A DNA stretch of 12,085 nucleotides from positions 1 through 12,085 of the forward strand of contig NW_021826763.1 in NCBI RefSeq assembly GCF_006345805.1, given 5' to 3'. Position numbers and translations under genes: made by a program. The notes beneath the pieces were generated by a model, which searched no databases, had not been told where the DNA came from, and worked only from the letters and a program-made list of their open reading frames with translations. Source of the DNA: Octopus sinensis. Its lineage: Eukaryota. This document shows, piece by piece, positions 1 to 9,202 of this stretch (positions are counted from its first letter, which is position 1; every line of letters begins with the position of its first letter).

Positions 1-443
1 TATTACAACTCCATAAAATTTGATGGAATAATTGTAATTTAGGCAATCAGCTTGTTATGTATGAATGTTTATGTGTACGTACATATATTTAATCATTGAT
101 ATTTGAGAATAAGTATGAATGTGATAAGAGAATATCTTTGTGTGTGTTTATATGTAGCAGTGACTTTGTATTTACACTCCTGTATATGCTAGCCTGGTGC
201 GGTTTTGTATATTTATATATGTATTTTACACACTATAGTATCTGTGACATTCAAGGCAGCATAGTATTGTAAATGTTTGTAAAAAACGTGAGAATGTGTT
301 TGTGTTTGTATATACGCAAATACATAAGTGCGTAATTATATACAGATGTATATAGTAATCTTATAATGGAAACTAACAGATGATTTACCCTTTAATGTCT
401 AAGGACACTTATTCGGAATATCATACATAAATCTTAGTATATG

Positions 444-623
444 ATACACACACACATATATATATATGTATAAATATATATTTATATATATATATATATA
501 CACACAAATTCATATACATATACATGCATATACATTTATATATACATATATACATTTACATTCTCACACACAAAGACATATATACATACATATACATTTA
601 TATATACATATACATATAGACGT

Positions 624-660
<37 letters not shown>
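444..660. repeat. Compound (TA)n/(CA)n microsatellite
   Basis: Seen directly. Confidence 0.95.
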
Positions 661-668
661 TGTGATGA

Positions 669-811
669 GTTTTTTCCGTTTCCATTCATCAAATTCACTC
701 AGAAGGCTTTAGTAAGTGAAAGGCTATAGTAAAATAGAAGGCACTTGCTCAATGGGACTTAATCCCGAACAATGTGGATGATAAGCAAATTCTTTTACTA
801 TACAGTCCCAC
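669..811 (-). mobile_element. SINE head fragment (degenerate)
   Basis: Reverse complement resembles 4590-4720 and 1577-1716 (aggcttt.gt, ggctata, tgggact.aatccc). Confidence 0.65.
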
Positions 812-823
812 CTACAATTATAA

Positions 824-1401
824 ATCATCACCATCATCGTCATCATCATCATTATTTAATGTCCATCTTCCATAGGAGCTGGCAAGGCTGGAGGCTGGAC
901 CAGGCTCTGTTGTCTGCTTTGGTATAGTTTCTATGGTTGGATGCCTTTCCTATCACCATCCACTCTACAGAGTGCACTGGGTGCCTTTTATGCAGCATGA
1001 GCAGCAGTGTGTTCACCATGTAACTTGCAGCTCAAGATCCCTTCAACTGGGGGTGAGTAGTGTTGAGGGACAGAAAAGATGTCTTGCATTAGCAGGACAT
1101 TGGCTTGAACCCAGCTTTGCTGATGTGCGTAGGCCTTCTATAGAACCTCATATCACCAGACATCTCAACCGCTTGTCGTTTCCTCCATGAGCCCCAACAT
1201 CCTGAGATTGGTCCTCAACACTTCATCCCATGTTTTCCTAGTTCTCCCTCTTCCACAGGTACCATCCACTTTCAGTGACTGGCACTTCTTTATACAGCTG
1301 TCTCCATTCATATGTATCACTTGTCCAAACCAACATAGTCTCATCCTAGCTGAGTCTTCTTGAAGCATATCTGCTTTTTCCAATGTTAGAACCCAGTGCA
1401 T
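824..1401 (-). mobile_element. 5'-truncated RTE-clade LINE 3' end (ORF2 C-terminus, 3' UTR and (GAT)n tail)
   Basis: ORF 1165-1401(-) encodes RMRLCWFGQVIHM...KKC...VDGTCGRGRTRKTWDEVLRTNLRMLGL, matching the RTE ORF2 C-terminal pattern RLRWFGHV.RM...G.RGRGRPRKTW. A (CAT)n tract lies at 824-853, and the UTR resembles 3640-3851 and 7411-7612. Confidence 0.85.
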
Positions 1402-1576
1402 AGTTGTATTAATTCTCTGTCTAGAGAATTTCTAATACAAAATTTCTTTCATGCTTATCAGACATGTACATCTTTGTGATTCCAATTAGCAAATGAAATA
1501 TATGTAATGGTGAATAGATAATATCGAAAAAATGTTCCAACTTCCTGTATTCTTTCATATGTATGTATGTATCACA

Positions 1577-1716
1577 GAATTGTTTTAGTTTAGTCAAATA
1601 AATCCACAGGCTTTGGTCAGCTTGGGGCTATAATAAAAGACAATTGCTTAAGGTATCATGTAGCAATAAACCCAATATTACATGATTGGGAAGCAAGTTT
1701 CTTATCACATAGCCAC
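1577..1716 (-). mobile_element. SINE head fragment
   Basis: Reverse complement gtggctatgtgataagaaacttgcttcccaa...gaccaaagcctgtggattt aligns with the head of 4589-5127. Confidence 0.75.
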
Positions 1717-1753
1717 ACCATATATATATTTATATATATATATACACATACAT

Positions 1754-1910
1754 CATAGTGTTGGTGTGTTTATATAACTGTAACTTAGCAGTTCGGCAAA
1801 AGGGACTGAAAGCTTAAAAAGAAATACTGGGCTTGTATTGTTTAGCTAAACCCTTCAAGGTGGTGCCCCAGCATGGCCATAGTCCAGCGACTGAAACAAG
1901 TAAAAGATAA
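1754..1910 (+). mobile_element. SINE tail fragment
   Basis: aacccttcaagg.ggtgc.ccagcatggcca.agt...ctgaaacaagtaaaagataa matches 5057-5120. Confidence 0.8.
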
Positions 1911-1923
1911 GGTAATATTAATT

Positions 1924-2110
1924 GGAGAGGCAGCAGATGGATAGAAACAAGAGTTTCTTCCTATTCTTTATGTTCAAAATCTCCCCGAGGTCAGCTCTAC
2001 CTTTCACCCCTCCTGGGTCAATGAAATAAAGTGGCAGTCAATTTAATGGGATTAAACATATCAGTAAATATCTCTCTCCAGTTTCCAGCCTTGTGTCGAT
2101 ATAAGAAATT
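1924..2110 (+). mobile_element. Second SINE family copy (degenerate)
   Basis: B-box-like gttcaaaatc followed by ccgaggtcagctctacctttcacccctcctgggtcaatgaaataa, resembling a conserved SINE central domain. Family assignment is from recall only. Confidence 0.55.
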
Positions 2111-2300
2111 AATTCTAATCATGCAATAGGAACAAATCTATAATGTAAACATCATCCAAGTGTGTTGTTTAATGTCAGGAGCTTTTGTTTTGCATGTGGG
2201 AAATGTCCCTTTGAAGATGTATAGTGTGAATCAAACTCAATCTATTTCTTAGCTAAATCACCCCAGAAGTGATCTCATGAGTGACAGATACGTATTTTAC

Positions 2301-2365
2301 CTTATTCGGAGCTTATCAATACAGTGCACTCGAGTCACTTCCAAAATGAAATCAAAATCTCTAAC
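2301..2365 (-). CDS. Candidate internal coding exon of an unidentified gene (VRDFDFILEVTRVHCIDKLRI+AG)
   Basis: Acceptor atatatatttcag, donor AAG|gtaaaa, 65 nt, only one frame open. No family recognised, and the stretch has a diverged out-of-frame counterpart near 3040-3185. Confidence 0.25.
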
Positions 2366-3476
2366 CTGAAATATATATATACACACATAGGGTATAAAAT
2401 ATTTGCTGATTTACAGTAATGTAGAATGTATATGTAGAATAGATTCAGATTGTGCAACTCATAGCATTCAAACAATAGGCATATGTTAAGCATGTGGCAC
2501 TGATATAAGAAATAATCTTAATAGGAGCAGTGAAGCTGCAAATAGTTTTCTATTTAAGACTAGAATTTTTTTTTATTGTTCTAAATATATTTTTATACAC
2601 ACAAAAGGTGAGGTATTTCATTGGTTGAATTACTTATTTTTACAGTTAAATAGATGATGGATGGCTGTGCTAAAATATACCACCATCTGTGAAGAAGGGC
2701 GTGGTTTATGTTCCTATGTGTGTATGCATGTGTGCCCACCCACACACACACACACGCATGTATTTAGTTGTGTGTGTAAGGCAAATGTTTGGAAAACTTA
2801 TGACTTATAAAAGCCAGGATTGATCTTAATTATTGGGACTGCCTTAAAACATTGAAAGTTTCCACCCTCCAACACAACATCAAACACTACATCGTTCTCA
2901 CAGTATGGAGAGTAAATATACCACCAGCATTGCACAAACGGCCTTAAAATAAAATTTAGAATTTATTCAAGGCTGTCATCCCATGCCATACACCTCCAAC
3001 ATAATTCTGGTTAATGACATGTAAATACCCTGTGACATGTTTTCCTTTTCTAAACAGGCGCTACTCAATCTAGTATTATTCCAAAATGTATCGAAGAAGA
3101 AAAGGATTCCATCAAAATCTGGGCAAACTTCATCAGACAAACGACTTAGATACTACATGTCCGTGTGAGCAGCTCCCAACCTGAATGGGATATTTACAGG
3201 AGAGAGATATTTACTTAAGTTACAAAACCTAACTTAAAAACAACTTCCAACAGATCCTATCAGATGGTGTTATTAACTCAGACATGGCCTGGGCCAAATT
3301 CTGTTCAAACATACCTTGATGACATGTTTTATGGATTAGATTAATCATTTTTACAGGTAAATGGATGGTGCTGCCCTGCAAATAAACCACACGCACATCT
3401 GTGAAGTAGGGTGTGTCCCTGGGTTTTTTTTAATGTTTTTGTTGCTGGTGTTTTTATTCATTTATTTTTTTTTGTA

Positions 3477-3516
<40 letters not shown>

Positions 3517-3639
3517 CAAACCAAACAAATATCAGAAAAACTTATGACTATGTCTTACAGCAATTCAGTACAAAGATTATATATTTTTTTTCTTTTGCAG
3601 TTATTTATTCAATCAAAACTTGAATATTTAGAGTCAGAT

Positions 3640-3851
3640 ATCATCATTATTTAACGTCTGTTTTTCATGCTGGCATGGATTGGATGGTTTTGACATGAAG
3701 CTGGCCAGCTGGGAGCTGTTCAGACTCCAGTTGTCTGATTTGACATGGTTTCAAAAGCTGGATGTCCTTCCTAATGCCAACCACTTTACGTAGGGTGCTG
3801 TGTGCTTCTTAGATGCCACCAGCACACATGCTTTTTATGTGACATTGGCAC
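3640..3851 (-). mobile_element. RTE-3'-UTR-like repeat fragment
   Basis: Shares blocks with 860-1010 (atcatcattatttaacgtc..., ggatg.c.ttccta..cca.ccact.tac) and starts with a (CAT)n remnant. Confidence 0.7.
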
Positions 3852-4588
3852 CTGAAAGGACCACCCTGTATGTGTGGAACCAGTATAATGGTCCTGGATA
3901 TGATTTAACACTGCACTTAGCAGTTGGGCCCTTATTCAGGAGTTCCAGGGTTTTGAAGAGAGTGGGACCACCTCTTAGCAACTATTGTTCCCAGATCTAA
4001 ACTGATCTGGAGTAGTAGCACCTGTCAAGGTCCCAGCTATCAGTTAATTAAGCATATAACCTCCAAAAGCAAGGTATTTTGAAATCACGAGATGCAACAC
4101 AGTGAACGCAAACTATTTCAGTAAATGAATTTCATTGAATCAATAACGAATATCACAAAATACAGAGTGAACAACCAAAAAGAAGAAGCTGTCAATGGTC
4201 AGAATCAACCAGTTCATTCAGTGAATTACTGCTATCACCTCCAGTCGTGGCATCTGCAAATGAGATATTTCAACCAATGAAAGTTCAACAAGATTTATTC
4301 ATTACCGCAACTTGTTCAATCAGGTGAAGATGAATGATTATTTTGAAATAAAAATCTTGTGATTCTGTGGTTTGTAATTCACCACAGTTTAACTTCACAG
4401 TATATATTCATTTATTAGAACCTTACCCAGCATATATCTTTGGAAGTATACATTTGCACCCATGGGTAATATCAGAGAAAATAGGAAAAAGGCAATTATT
4501 GCAACTTGTATTAAATTTCTCACTGCTAATACAAAACGATGAAATAAATACTTACTTTTGAGAAAGAAAAAAAAAAAAGATTTTGATA

Positions 4589-5127
4589 GGCATAAGTGTG
4601 GCCGTGTAATTAAGAAGGTTGCTTTCTCACTATGTGGGTTCAATCCCACTAAGTGTCTCCTTGAGCAAAGGCAAACCAAGGCTTTGTGAACAGATTTGGT
4701 AGATAGAAACTGAAAGAAGCACATCTTGTGTGTGTGTGTGTGTGTGCACGCGTGTGTGTATATGTGTGTGTGTGTGTGCATGCGTGTGTGTGTATATGTG
4801 TGTGTGTATATGTGTGTGCACGCGTGTGTGTATATGTGTGTGTGTGTGTGCACGCGTGTGTGTATATGTGTGTGTGTACGTGTACATATGTGTATGTGTG
4901 TACCTTTGTTTTGTGTTTCTCCCCTACCATCATTTGATAACTGGTGTTGGTTTGTTTACATCCATGTAACTAAGGAGGAATTCAGGAAAAGAGACTGATA
5001 GAGTAAGTAAGAGGCTTGAAAAAATAATAAGCCCTGAGGTTGATTCATTTCACTATAACCCTTCAAGGCAGTGCTCCAGCATGGCCACAGTTCAATCACT
5101 GAAGCAAGTAGAAGATAAAAAGAAAAA
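4589..5127 (+). mobile_element. Near full-length tRNA-derived SINE with internal (TG/TA)n microsatellite
   Basis: B-box-like GGTTCAATCCC at 4637-4647; head ends gaaactgaaagaagc; microsatellite at 4727-4901; tail ...ggcagtgctccagcatggccacagt...ctgaagcaagtagaagataaaaga is shared with other copies in the window. Confidence 0.85.
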
Positions 5128-5256
5128 CTAGAGATATATATAAAATGAGTGTGTATGTGTGTGTGTGTGTGTGCACGCATGTGTAAATATATGTATATTT
5201 GCATGCATATCCATTTATCTATATCTATCTATCTATCTATATATATATATATATAT

Positions 5257-5358
5257 GCTTTATTTAAAGCAGCAGAAAATTCAACAAAACCTGTTACTCT
5301 GAGTTTCCCGTTGCCGTTCATCGGACAGTTTTTGCTAGAATTTATGTGTTTACTCCGG
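5257..5358 (-). mobile_element. ~100-bp non-autonomous Penelope-like terminal-repeat / retrozyme-like unit
   Basis: Non-microsatellite island between two (TA)n tracts. On the minus strand it reads hammerhead motif, then AATAAA (5264-5259), then (AT)n. Confidence 0.55.
5282..5337 (-). ncRNA. Type I hammerhead ribozyme-like motif (small, Penelope-like-element type, U4C core variant)
   Basis: Minus-strand RNA: UAGCAAAAACUGU-CCGAUGA-ACG(GCAA)CGG-GAA-ACUC(A)GAGU-A|ACAGGUUUUGUUG. Stem I pairs 12 of 13 positions with one A.G mismatch. Core is C3C4G5A6U7G8A9 / G12A13A14, with an A15.1-U16.1 pair and a GUA cleavage triplet; the predicted cut is between 5295 and 5294. Stem II is weak (A.G, C-G, G-C plus a GNRA loop). 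Confidence 0.75.
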
Positions 5359-5622
5359 TATATATATATATATCTATACACACACACACACAAACAAATG
5401 TTTCAAAAGTAAAAAACCTCCCTCCTTGTAATACCATTTCATCTGTGCAGACACCATTCCATACCCAAACTGGTTAAATTCTAAGGAACAGCACAAAGCA
5501 CCTCGTTTGCTAAACCCTAGATTAAGGATTTAAAGGCATCAAGTGACAGTATTTGGTTTCGAGAAATGAATCTTTTGAATAATTTTTTTTTTTTAAAGTG
5601 TCTATTTTCTTTTGAGATGTCC

Positions 5623-5790
5623 GTGTGTGTGTGTGTGTGTGTGTACTTCTCTCTCTCCCTCCCCTCCCAATATATACATATATATGATTGTATGTATATA
5701 TATATATATACATTATATACATACACATATATGTATATATCATCATCATCGTTTAACGTGATGATGATGATATTATATACATATGTGAAT

Positions 5791-5843
<53 letters not shown>

Positions 5844-5937
5844 TTATGTACACACACACACACATATATATATATACACACACACACATTATGTTCACAC
5901 ATGTGTGTGTATATATATATATATAATATATATATAT
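5623..5937. repeat. Compound (TG)n/(TC)n/(TA)n/(CAT)n/(CA)n microsatellite
   Basis: Seen directly; includes a duplicated acacacacacattatgt unit. Confidence 0.95.
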
Positions 5938-6074
5938 TAAGGTATGTAGAAAAATACAACATGGACAAGAACGTATAACTCTTAGAAGACGATACAATAA
6001 ACACGGACAGGACATTCGAAACCCTCAGTCTTCAGTCAAGAACCGGATCATCGTAGTAATTTCGGCTGATTAAT
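5938..6074. mobile_element. (TA)n-flanked island, possibly a Penelope-like terminal fragment
   Basis: 137-bp non-microsatellite block bounded by (TA)n on both sides; contains CTGAAGA...CGAA on the minus strand, but without a full hammerhead fold. Confidence 0.35.
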
Positions 6075-6170
6075 ATATATATATATATACATATATATAT
6101 ACATACATTATATACACGCATTTATATATATATATATACATTATATACAAATATATATATATACCTTTTA

Positions 6171-6361
6171 ATTTTTATTTGTTTCAGTCATTAGACTGTG
6201 GCCATGCTGGGGCAGTCCCTTGAACAGTTTAGTCGAACAAATTCAGACATGCTTATTTTAAAACCTAGTATTTATTCTATCACTCTCTTTTTAGCAAACT
6301 GCTTGGTTACAAGTAAAGTAAACAAACCAACAGCAATTATCTAGCAGTGGTGGGGGAACAC
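6171..6361 (-). mobile_element. SINE tail half
   Basis: tttgtttcagtca...gactgtggccatgctggggca...ttgaa is the reverse complement of the tail at 4910-5125. Confidence 0.8.
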
Positions 6362-6530
6362 TTATATTAATTAATTTGTGTATTTTCTGAACGGTTTTTT
6401 TTTTTTGCATTGTTGTTTTTTTTTACTTTTTATTGTTACTTCATGTTTATGCTTTGGAAATTTCCATTACCATATGTTCAGTTCAATGCCACGTCTAAAA
6501 TGGAAAATTCCACAAGCGGTCTGTGATTAC

Positions 6531-6633
6531 TGTGTGTGTCTGTATAAATATGTGTGTGTGTGTGTGTCTGTGCATGAATGTATGCATATGTATAGTATGT
6601 GTGTGTGTGTGCATATGTATGTGTATATTTCTT

Positions 6634-6669
<36 letters not shown>

Positions 6670-6832
6670 CATATATATATATACATGTATATGTGTGCAT
6701 ATATATAAACATATATATATGAATATATATATACATGTGTATATATATATATGTATACATGCACATGTATATATATATATATATAAATACATAATATACA
6801 CATACATTATATATATATATATTATATATATA

Positions 6833-6876
<44 letters not shown>

Positions 6877-6985
6877 TTATACATACATACATGTGTGTAT
6901 ATATATATGTGTGTGTATGTGTATATATATATATATATATCTGGAGAGAAAGAGAAAGAGAGAGAAATACACATATACTTGCACA
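6531..6985. repeat. Long compound (TG)n/(TA)n microsatellite
   Basis: Seen directly. Confidence 0.95.
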
Positions 6986-6986
6986 T

Positions 6987-7216
6987 AAAATAGCCAGCTA
7001 GGCATCCTTTATGTGTAGCTAAAACTTGCTAGAAATAACAGCCAAACCTGGCTATAAATCTGAAGTTTTAAAATCAGACTGATTGAGCATTGTTGTTCTG
7101 AGAAAAGAATTGCAGGTGGGCGGATGGGACGGTCACGGGTGGAAATATGTTTGATTAAAAAGAGCCTTCCTGATCAAGGCTTAACTTGGGGCTAAGCAAT
7201 TACAATAACAAACAAC
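6987..7216 (+). mobile_element. Probable short interspersed repeat, family unassigned
   Basis: GC-richer island ending ttaacttggggctaagcaattacaataacaaacaac with an (AAC)-like tail. The ggggcta motif is shared with 9465-9473 and 1624-1630. Confidence 0.35.
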
Positions 7217-7410
7217 TTGCATACGTACTCTTTCAGAGTACTGGCATGGATGGACACCAACTCACAAGTTAGAAACACAAAAAATTCACAGAATACGGAA
7301 GAGCATTTCCTTTATATAAAATATACAAATTAGACACAACTTTACATAGAAACACTTGCATGCACAACTATTCATTGCATAAAACTATACTGTCCTCATT
7401 ATTGTGTGTA

Positions 7411-7612
7411 TATGCTGGTGTGGACCGGATGATTTAACGGGATCCAATGGACCCAAGCACTGCGTCAACTCCAGTGTCTGCTTTGGCATGGCTTCTAGGA
7501 CTTGATGCTCTGCCTTTCCTAACACCAGCTACTCTACAGAGTATACCGTGTACTTTTGTTCGTGCTACTGGCACCAGTGAGTTTGCCATGCACGTTGCAA
7601 GCCTAAGCAATC
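7411..7612 (-). mobile_element. RTE-3'-UTR-like repeat fragment (third copy)
   Basis: Shares tgtctgctttgg.at.g.ttcta, gatgc...cctttccta.cacc and actctacagagt with 921-973. Confidence 0.65.
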
Positions 7613-8502
7613 TAAGTGGAGGCAAAAGATGCTAGAAGATGAGGGTTAAGGTATGAAAGAAGTGGGTGGGGCAGAGCGAGGTGTTGTTGTAGCAAAACTA
7701 TACGGCTACTCACATTGAGGAGAAAGAAATAAAATCAGTCATAGCTGCAACGAAGAGGAGGAGGAGCAGAGATAATAAGGTGTTCTTGTGGCACCTCAAA
7801 GTATACAAGGTGACTACAAGAGAAGCTGTGAGTGTGTTGAGGCTTGCAAGGGTGTATGGGGACAGGGGGCGTGAGGAAATGTGAGATGCTGGGTAGGGAT
7901 GAAGGGTGGATGCAGGAGTGGGGACTGCAAATAAGGCCTGAAGTTTAGGAATTAGAGGTATGCAAAAAGAGAGCAGAAACAGGATAGTAATAATGATACA
8001 GTTCACATGATACGTTTGACATGCCCTTCCTGGTGCTAATCAAGATAATATTTCTCCATGGCCTGACATATTCTCATAATGTATTGTAAATGAATGACAC
8101 CGTTTGTATGAGTGACATTCATTTACAACTATCATTTGACACCAAGACAAGGAGACAGTCCCACACATACATAAATTATGTATGAAGACAGACAGACTAA
8201 CAGATATAATAGCAATTTCATTCAGGTGGTATTCATTCATTCTTTTGAGCTTGGGTACAAATCTATTATCGTAAATGACTATAAATCAAAGGCTGGTCAT
8301 TTAGAGATCGTTTTTTCAAAAATCCATAAATATAATTATTAACAAGGGAAGCTGAATAAGAAAATTGTTTTATTACACAAATTCACAACTGTTTCACCAT
8401 TATTCAGACCCAAGAGGACTGATATATTATATAATATATATAATATATATATATATATCTATATATATATATACATCTATACACACACACACACATATAT
8501 AT

Positions 8503-8610
8503 TACAAGGCTCACAAAAAATAAGTCCTGGGGTCGATTTGCTCAACTAAAGGCAGTGCTCCAGCAATGGCCACAGTCCAATGACTGAACCAGTAAAAAAA
8601 GAAGAAAAAA
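8503..8610 (+). mobile_element. SINE 3' end
   Basis: taagtcctggggtcgatttgctcaactaaaggcagtgctccagcaatggccacagtccaatgactgaaccagtaaaa. Confidence 0.8.
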
Positions 8611-8744
8611 ATGAATAACATATGCATGTATTGATTGAAGGCTTTTATCATTCTGTTGATACATACAAATGCCAGCTCATCGGAAAACCTGTGTGTAATA
8701 ATAGATTTGCGAGGAAACAGTTTGCCGACTCCACTTTTCGTAAA

Positions 8745-8918
8745 TGTGTGCATGTGTGTGTGTGTATAGATAGATATAGATATAAATATATATATATATA
8801 CAGACATACATATATACACACATACAATGATACATATATATACACATACATATATATACATATATATATATGCACATACGTACACATGTATACACACATG
8901 CATACATGTGTGTGTGTA

Positions 8919-8958
<40 letters not shown>
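8745..8958. repeat. Compound (TA)n/(CA)n/(TG)n microsatellite
   Basis: Seen directly. Confidence 0.95.
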
Positions 8959-9202
8959 TTTCTGCTCACATCTCTCACTGAGTAGTAATGCCTGTGTGTG
9001 TGTGTGATAAGTTGTCTATTTTGTCCCGTTGCTATAGAAACAAACAGACCTGTGTTTCTCCAACCATAAACTTTATTAGTGTCGACTGTTTGCAACCATT
9101 CCTGTTAGCTTTACCTAACAGAGTCTATAATTTACAAACTCTGCCTTTAAGTAACTTTATAAACCCTTAACTCGATTTAAAATCAAATACACCCCATTTG
9201 TA

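Noticed and set aside
2652-2694. SECIS-like AUGA...AAAA...UGA hairpin
   Set aside because: The register does not give the tandem G.A quartet, the paralogous copy lacks AUGA, and no selenoprotein CDS is evident.
3100-3140. CUGAUGA plus a stem on the minus strand
   Set aside because: No GAAA follows the stem and there is no NUH or stem I.
3058-3149. Plus-strand exon after a strong acceptor (ATQSSIIPKCIEEEKDSIKIWANFIRQTT*)
   Set aside because: All three frames stop within about 110 nt, there is no linked upstream exon and no family was recognised.
4122-4326. Open stretches of 50-60 codons on the plus strand and DATTGGDSSNSLNELVDSDH* on the minus strand
   Set aside because: Competing frames on both strands, no convincing splice-site pair and no recognisable motif.
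6005-6050. CTGAAGA...CGAA on the minus strand as another hammerhead
   Set aside because: GAAA is incomplete (GAAU), stem II does not pair and no stem I closes around the core on either strand.
466-9095. Numerous ORFs rich in YI, HT, CV and IY in the supplied track (e.g. 466-729, 4395-4998, 5517-6015, 6378-6988, 8511-9095)
   Set aside because: They are translations of (TA)n/(CA)n/(TG)n microsatellites, which lack stop codons; there is no domain content.
9050-9124. Minus-strand peptide LLGKANRNGCKQSTLIKFMVGETQ resembling an ABC Walker A region
   Set aside because: It lacks the GxxGxGK(S/T) residues and no other ABC motifs are nearby.
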